DNA of 63,923 nt, filler included, from an uncultured Gemmatimonadota bacterium (GTDB lineage: Bacteria; GCA-2686955), in the NCBI GenBank assembly GCA_964490075.1. It is 3 parts of 3 records of this genome, joined end to end, with 100 filler letters (N's around TTAATTAATTAA, not from the genome) between each part and the next. Parts side by side here need not be neighbours in the genome. Positions count along the whole stretch, not along the records: positions 50,554 to 63,923 come from CAZBBK010000096.1; 2 more parts are not named here. One strand, 5' to 3'. Positions 58,539 to 63,923 of this stretch are shown in pieces (within the stretch, counting starts at the first letter, position 1; every line of letters starts with the position of its first letter). A program made the position numbers and the translations under genes. The notes beneath the pieces were generated by a model. The model saw nothing but the letters and a program-made list of their open reading frames with translations. It did no database searches and had not been told where the DNA came from.

Positions 58539-60032
58539 ATGTCCGCGCAGCATATCCTCGCCCTCGATCAAGGCACCACCGGCACCACCGCGCTGGTGTT
58601 CGACGCGCAAGGGGCGATCGTGGGACGGGGCTACGCCGAGATCGCGCAGCACTACCCGAAACCGGGATGGGTGGAGCACGATGCCGAGGAGATCTGGGCC
58701 TCGGTGGCACGCACCGCCGGCCAGGCTCTGGGCGACGCCGGGATCTCCGCTTCCGATTGCGCCGCCATCGGCATCACCAATCAGCGCGAGACCGCCGTGG
58801 TTTGGGATCGGAGCAGCGGGCGACCGGTGCACCGGGCCATCGTCTGGCAATGCCGTCGCTCGGCGTCGATCTGCGACGAGCTGCGCGCGGCGGGCCATCT
58901 CGACACGATCCGCGACAAGACCGGGCTGGTGCTCGACGCCTACTTCAGCGGCACCAAGCTGACCTGGCTCTTTCGCGAGCGGCCCGATCTGCGCGAGCGC
59001 GCCCAGGCGGGCGAGCTGGCTTTCGGCACCGTCGACAGCTGGTTGATCTGGAAGCTGACCGGCGGCGCGCTGCACGCCACCGACTACACCAACGCCTCGC
59101 GCACGCTGCTCTTCGACATCGAGAAGCTGCGCTGGGACGAAGCGCTCTGCGATCTCCTGGAGGTGCCGACGGCGATCCTGCCCGAGGTGCGCCGATCGGC
59201 AGAGATGCTGGGCCGGGTCGAGGCGCTCGACTTCCCGGCCGCCGGCGTGCCGATCGCCGGGGTGGCCGGCGACCAGCAGGCGGCCCTCTTCGGTCAGGGC
59301 TGCGTGCGCCCCGGCGAGGCGAAAAACACCTACGGCACCGGCTGTTTCTTGGTCACCAACACCGGAGCCGAGCGCCGGCGCTCGCGCGGCGGGCTGCTCG
59401 AGACCCTGGCGGTGGGGGAGGACCTCGGTCCCTGCCACGCGCTGGAAGGCTCGATTTTCATCGGCGGGGCGCTGATCCAGTGGCTGCGCGATGAGCTGCG
59501 CATCATCGACTCCGCGGCCGACTCCGAGGCGGTGGCGCGCGGCACCGACTCCTCGCAGGGCGTGCACGTGGTGCCGGCCTTCGTGGGCCTCGGGGCACCG
59601 TGGTGGGACATGGAGGCGCGTGGCACCATCACCGGGCTGACACGCGGCAGCGGGCGGGCCGAGATCGTGCGCGCCGCGCTGGAGGCGATCGCCTTCCAGG
59701 TGCGCGACGTGCTCGAAGCGATGGAGAAAGACGCCGGCTCGAAGATCGAGCTGCTGCGGGTCGACGGCGGAGCGACCGCCAACGATCTCTTGATGCAGTT
59801 CCAGGCCGACCTCCTGGGCATTCCGGTCGATCGCCCGGTGGTCGCCGAGACCACCGCGGCCGGTGCCGCCTACCTGGCCGGCCTGGCGGTCGGACTCTAC
59901 CCGGGGATCGACCAGCTCACGCGGCTGCGGCGCTCGGAGCGGGTCTTCGAGCCGCGGATCGAGGCGGCGGAGGCCGAGTCCCTGCACGCCGACTGGCTGC
60001 ACGCCGTGGCGCAGGCGCGCTTGCGACCCTGA
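58539..60032 (+). CDS. glpK: Glycerol kinase
   Basis: ALDQGTT, ITNQRET, DAYFSGTK, GDQQAALFGQ, KNTYGTGCF, RVDGG..AN. Confidence 0.96.
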   Translation: MSAQHILALDQGTTGTTALVFDAQGAIVGRGYAEIAQHYPKPGWVEHDAEEIWASVARTAGQALGDAGISASDCAAIGITNQRETAVVWDRSSGRPVHRAIVWQCRRSASICDELRAAGHLDTIRDKTGLVLDAYFSGTKLTWLFRERPDLRERAQAGELAFGTVDSWLIWKLTGGALHATDYTNASRTLLFDIEKLRWDEALCDLLEVPTAILPEVRRSAEMLGRVEALDFPAAGVPIAGVAGDQQAALFGQGCVRPGEAKNTYGTGCFLVTNTGAERRRSRGGLLETLAVGEDLGPCHALEGSIFIGGALIQWLRDELRIIDSAADSEAVARGTDSSQGVHVVPAFVGLGAPWWDMEARGTITGLTRGSGRAEIVRAALEAIAFQVRDVLEAMEKDAGSKIELLRVDGGATANDLLMQFQADLLGIPVDRPVVAETTAAGAAYLAGLAVGLYPGIDQLTRLRRSERVFEPRIEAAEAESLHADWLHAVAQARLRP

Positions 60033-60051
60033 CACGCACGATGCTCTGGCG

Positions 60052-61392
60052 TCACGGAACCGCCCTGAGCACTGCCAGCGCGCGATCGTCGGCAGGCTCG
60101 GACCCTCCGGTGAAGGTCTCGATCGTTCTCCACAGGTGCTTCGTCACAGCCTCGGCGTCGGCTTCCGGGCTCAGCTCCGCCAGAACCCGGATGAGACCGT
60201 CGATCCCCAGCTCTTCGTGGGAGCCGTCCTTCGAGCGCGCCTCCGTGACTCCGTCGGTGTAGCAGACCACCAGATCTCCCGGTTTCAAGGCGCGCGTCTC
60301 GCATTCATAGCGCTCATCGCGCCGCACGCCCAAGACCAGCCCCCCGACGCTCAGCTCTTCGGCCGGCTCCCGCCCGCCGGGTAGAAACAAGGGTCGATCG
60401 TGGCCGGCGCAGCAGCTACGGAGCGTCCGCTCTCGGGAATCGTAGCAGGCCAGGAAACAGGTCACGAAGCGGCTCGGATCGGTCTGTTCGTATACCAGGT
60501 TGTTGATCCAGGCGGCCAGTTCGCTCAGCTCGAGCCCGGCGCGGGCCAGGCTGCGGATCGAGGACTGCACGGAAGCCGAGAGAATCGCGGCGGGAACTCC
60601 TTTGCCGGTCACGTCGGCGACGGCGAGGAGCGCGCGACGATCGTCGATCTGTACCGCCTCGCAAAGATCGCCACCGACGTGCTTGGCCGGGCGGGTGCAG
60701 GCGTGGAAATCGAGACCTGGCAAGATCGGATGCTCCTCGAGCGCCAGTCCCGATTGGATCGATGCGGCAATCGCCAGCTCACTCCGTAGGCGCTCGCGCT
60801 CGGCGGCGATGCGGTAGAGCTGAGTCCGCTCGATTCCCACTGCCGCCATCGACGCCATCGCGCCCAGCAGGTCCAGGTCGTCGCGCCCGAATCTCTGGCT
60901 GCCCTCGGAGGTGTCCACGTAGAGAACCCCCAAGACCCGACCCTTGCGCAGCATCGGTGCACAAATGGCGGAACGGATGCCGAGTCTCACCACCGAGTCT
61001 TGGTCGCGCAAGTGGGCGTCGTCGCGAGCATCGAGAATCAGGAGCGATTCCTTGGATTGGATCGCCTCGCTCACGATCGAGTGACTGAGCTGGAGATCGG
61101 GCTGCCGCTCGACGCCCGCGGCGGATCGTGAAATCACGACACGCTGCTTCTTGCCGGCGCCCACGCTGAGCAGGACCGCGGCGCGGTCCGCCGCCAGCTC
61201 CTCGAAGATCAGATCCAGCAGAGCTGGCAGCAAGTCCTTCTGCGTCAATGAAACACCGAGTGCGTTCGCGGCGCGGATCAAGACCCCCACGCGGCGGGAC
61301 TGTCTGTCATCCGGGAGGCCTTCGGTGAGAACCGCCTGCGGCTCGTCGTAGGCCCCTTGTCGCCAGCGGATCACCTGCGTCGAATTCGACAT
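60052..61392 (-). CDS. GAF + PP2C/SpoIIE (RsbU-like) phosphatase
   Basis: IRSAICAPM..GVLYVD, EL.IA..IQ, VGGD, ADVTGKG, AGH, YTDGVTE, DD. Confidence 0.9.
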   Translation of the reverse strand: MSNSTQVIRWRQGAYDEPQAVLTEGLPDDRQSRRVGVLIRAANALGVSLTQKDLLPALLDLIFEELAADRAAVLLSVGAGKKQRVVISRSAAGVERQPDLQLSHSIVSEAIQSKESLLILDARDDAHLRDQDSVVRLGIRSAICAPMLRKGRVLGVLYVDTSEGSQRFGRDDLDLLGAMASMAAVGIERTQLYRIAAERERLRSELAIAASIQSGLALEEHPILPGLDFHACTRPAKHVGGDLCEAVQIDDRRALLAVADVTGKGVPAAILSASVQSSIRSLARAGLELSELAAWINNLVYEQTDPSRFVTCFLACYDSRERTLRSCCAGHDRPLFLPGGREPAEELSVGGLVLGVRRDERYECETRALKPGDLVVCYTDGVTEARSKDGSHEELGIDGLIRVLAELSPEADAEAVTKHLWRTIETFTGGSEPADDRALAVLRAVP

Positions 61393-61537
61393 GCCGAGGC
61401 CTCGTCTCCGCGATCGCATCCTGCCTGGGATCGTCCCACCGATCATCATACTCTCATTCCATTCTGTTGCTCCGGCGGCGGGTAGCTGGCTCACTGCTCG
61501 GTTCCAGCGATCCCCGGAAGCGACTAGACTCCGCCCC

Positions 61538-63673
61538 ATGGAGAGCCTGTCGTTCATGGTGGAACGGATGATGTTCCAGAGCCCGGACAGCGACTTCGCC
61601 ATCGTTCGGGTGACGCTCGACGAGCCGAAGGGGGAGAGCGCCACCGCCCTGGGCGAGCTGCCCGGCGTGCTGCCAGGCCTGCGGGTCAGGGCCGAAGGGG
61701 AGTGGGTGCGGCACAAGAAGTACGGGCGTCAGCTCAAGGTCGCCTCGTTCGTGGTGCAGGAGCCGCACGACGCCGCCGGGGTGCTGCGCTACCTCTCCTC
61801 GGGTGCGGTGGAAGGGCTCGGTGTCGCCCTGGCCAAGAAGGTCGTCGACCATTTCGCGGACGACACTCTCGATGTGCTCGACCAGTCCCCGCATCGCCTG
61901 GTGGAGATCCGCGGCATCGGCAAGGCGACCGCCGAGAAGATCCGCAAAGCCTGGTCCGAGCACCGCGACATCCGCGAGATCATGATCTTCCTACAAGGAC
62001 ACGGCATCGGCCCCGGCTTTGCCGCACGGGTCTACCGGCGCTTCGGATCCGAGACCATCGGTGTCGTCAAGGAGGATCCCTACCGCCTGATCCGCGAGGT
62101 CCGCGGGATCGGCTTCGCCACCGCCGATCGGCTGGCCACCGAGCTGGGTCTTCCCGCCGAGCATCCGGCGCGTCTCGGTGCCGGGCTCGATCATGTGCTC
62201 TTGGAGTCGCTGGGCGCGGGGCATCTGCACCTGCCGGCAAACGCCTTGCTCCATCAAAGCGCCAAGCTGCTCGCGGTCGATCCGGCGCCGGTCCACGAAG
62301 AGCTCGAGCAAGCACTGGCTCGCGGCGAACTGATCGACGATGAAGGCCGCATCTACCGGCCGACGGAGTACGCCTGCGAGGTTGAGGTGGCGCGGCGAGT
62401 GTGCGACCTCGCCGTGGCGCGCGCCCGCCCGGGAAGCAGCAATCGCCCGGTCGAGGCCGACATCGACCAGGTGGCGCGGCGCCAGCGTCTCGATTTCACC
62501 GAGCGGCAGCGCGCTGCCCTGCGCCAGGCTCTGGAGCGGAAGATTCTGGTGGTCACCGGCGGTCCCGGCACCGGCAAGACCACCATCACGGTCGGGCTGA
62601 TCGCGCTCTTCGCCTTGCGTGGCCTCGCCGTGCAGCTCGCCGCCCCGACCGGTCGCGCCGCGCGCCGCCTGGCGGACGCTTCCGGCCGCCGCGCCAGCAC
62701 CATTCACCGCATGCTGGCCTTCGATCCGGAGTCGGGCGAGTTCAGCCGCAACGAGCAGAAGCCTCTGCAATGCGACGTGCTGATCATCGACGAGGCCTCG
62801 ATGATCGACGTCCCGTTGATGCAGAGCGTGCTGCGGGCGCTGCCGCGCGAGGCCCGACTGATCCTGATCGGCGATGTCGACCAGCTGCCCTCGGTCGGAC
62901 CGGGCACGCTGCTCAAGGACCTGATCGACTCACGCATCGGCGCGGTGGTGGTGCTGGACCAGATCTTCCGCCAGGAAGAGACCAGCCGGATCGTCTCCAA
63001 CGCCCACCGCATCAACCGCGGGACCATGCCGGAGCTGGTCAACGGCCACGGCTTCTACTTTCTGAGCCGCGAAGAGCCGGAGGAGATCGCCGACACGGTG
63101 GTCGAGCTGGTCGCCGAGCGCCTGCCGGCGGCCTACGATCTGCATCCGCGCGATGAGATCCAGGTGATCACGCCGATGTATCGCGGCGAGACCGGCGCCG
63201 ATCGGCTCAACCTCCGCCTGCGGAATCGGATCAACCCCAACGGCGCGCCGCTCACACACAAGAACCGCGAGTTTCGCGTCGGCGACAAGGTGATGCAGAT
63301 CCGCAACGACTACAACAAGATGGCGTTCAACGGCGACATCGGCATCGTGGAGTCGGTCGACCGCGAAAGCCTGAAGGTGGTGTTCGCCGAGACCGCCGCG
63401 GAGTACGACGCCGCCGATCTCGACGACCTGGCGCCGGCCTATGCGGTGTCGGTGCACAAGAGCCAAGGGTCGGAGTTTCCGGCGGTGATTCTGCCGGTGA
63501 CGACGCAGCACTATGTGATGCTGCAGCGCAATCTTCTCTACACGGCGCTGACCCGCGCGCGCCGGCTGGCGGTTCTGGTGGGAACGGAGGAGGCGGTGGG
63601 GTTGGCGGTGCGGCGGGATCAGGTGAAGCGGCGGAACTCTGGGTTGCGGGGGAGGCTAGAGGGAGACCGATAA
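61538..63673 (+). CDS. recD2: RecD2 ATP-dependent DNA helicase
   Basis: H.KYG.Q, GIGF.TAD, TGGPGTGKT, APTGRAA, IDEASM, GD.DQLPSVG, FRQ, HKSQGSE, LLYTA.TRA. Confidence 0.95.
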   Translation: MESLSFMVERMMFQSPDSDFAIVRVTLDEPKGESATALGELPGVLPGLRVRAEGEWVRHKKYGRQLKVASFVVQEPHDAAGVLRYLSSGAVEGLGVALAKKVVDHFADDTLDVLDQSPHRLVEIRGIGKATAEKIRKAWSEHRDIREIMIFLQGHGIGPGFAARVYRRFGSETIGVVKEDPYRLIREVRGIGFATADRLATELGLPAEHPARLGAGLDHVLLESLGAGHLHLPANALLHQSAKLLAVDPAPVHEELEQALARGELIDDEGRIYRPTEYACEVEVARRVCDLAVARARPGSSNRPVEADIDQVARRQRLDFTERQRAALRQALERKILVVTGGPGTGKTTITVGLIALFALRGLAVQLAAPTGRAARRLADASGRRASTIHRMLAFDPESGEFSRNEQKPLQCDVLIIDEASMIDVPLMQSVLRALPREARLILIGDVDQLPSVGPGTLLKDLIDSRIGAVVVLDQIFRQEETSRIVSNAHRINRGTMPELVNGHGFYFLSREEPEEIADTVVELVAERLPAAYDLHPRDEIQVITPMYRGETGADRLNLRLRNRINPNGAPLTHKNREFRVGDKVMQIRNDYNKMAFNGDIGIVESVDRESLKVVFAETAAEYDAADLDDLAPAYAVSVHKSQGSEFPAVILPVTTQHYVMLQRNLLYTALTRARRLAVLVGTEEAVGLAVRRDQVKRRNSGLRGRLEGDR

Positions 63674-63690
63674 GGGATATTATGTAAACT
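63663..63690 (+). other. dif-like XerCD recombination site
   Basis: GAGACCGATAA-GGGATA-TTATGTAAACT has the 11+6+11 architecture with ATAA/TTAT cores and a XerD-like arm. Overlaps the recD2 stop. Confidence 0.7.
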
Positions 63691-63830
63691 TGCTTGCAAG
63701 TTTACATAATATCGGCGGCATTATGTAAACCTGCGCCCTCCCTTAGTTTGCGGTGCTTTGTTCGAGGGGTGCGGCATCGTTCACGGTTGGGGCTCGAGTT
63801 TCATTGGGCGCAGGTTTACATAATGCCGCC
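63676..63830. repeat. Adjacent perfect inverted repeats built on ATTATGTAAAC
   Basis: 18-bp IR 63676-63693/63696-63713. 25-bp IR GGCGGCATTATGTAAACCTGCGCCC 63714-63738/63806-63830. Confidence 0.9.
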
Positions 63831-63923
63831 CGGCTCCGGGGTGGCGTGGTTGGCGGCCGAGGGGTTTGGGGCGCGGGCGTCGTTGGGTGGGCTCGCGCTT
63901 TGCGCGTCGCATTCGGGGCGGTG

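Noticed and set aside
22340-63690. Origin markers (parS, DnaA boxes, rpmH) and a dif-like site within ~41 kb
   Set aside because: They are on different contigs joined by artificial linkers, so the distance is meaningless.

Overview
High-GC bacterial DNA made of three unrelated contigs joined by 100-nt N/TTAATTAATTAA linkers (1-26107, 26208-50453, 50554-63923), so adjacency across the gaps means nothing. A PorV-like barrel plus several secreted proteases with FlgD/T9SS-like C-terminal domains suggest an FCB-group organism, possibly a MAG (inference). Contig 1 has a decayed tyrosine-recombinase/IS21 relic, secreted peptidases, a sigma-54 regulator, and the origin-proximal block rpmH-rnpA-yidD-yidC-jag-[parS, DnaA boxes]-parA-parB, followed by a TubY/RacA-like HTH gene. 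Contig 2 is accessory. It carries a Cas9-less, degenerate type II-C cas1-cas2 relic with a candidate tracrRNA, NrtR, and a sulfatase-like/GT-C operon. Its most striking part is a co-oriented cluster: degenerate rubrerythrin, a GyrB-ATPase::SAM-methyltransferase fusion, a B12 radical-SAM enzyme, a paralogous methyltransferase, a sulfotransferase, a sulfatase-like protein and a duplicated-CxxC lipoprotein. Contig 3 has the distal half of a type 3 BREX system, glpK, a GAF-PP2C phosphatase, recD2, and a dif-like site followed by extra inverted XerD arms. A ~240-250 bp MITE-like element with hexamer-repeat hairpins occurs in at least 5 full or partial copies. All calls come from motif recognition by eye; no database searches were run.
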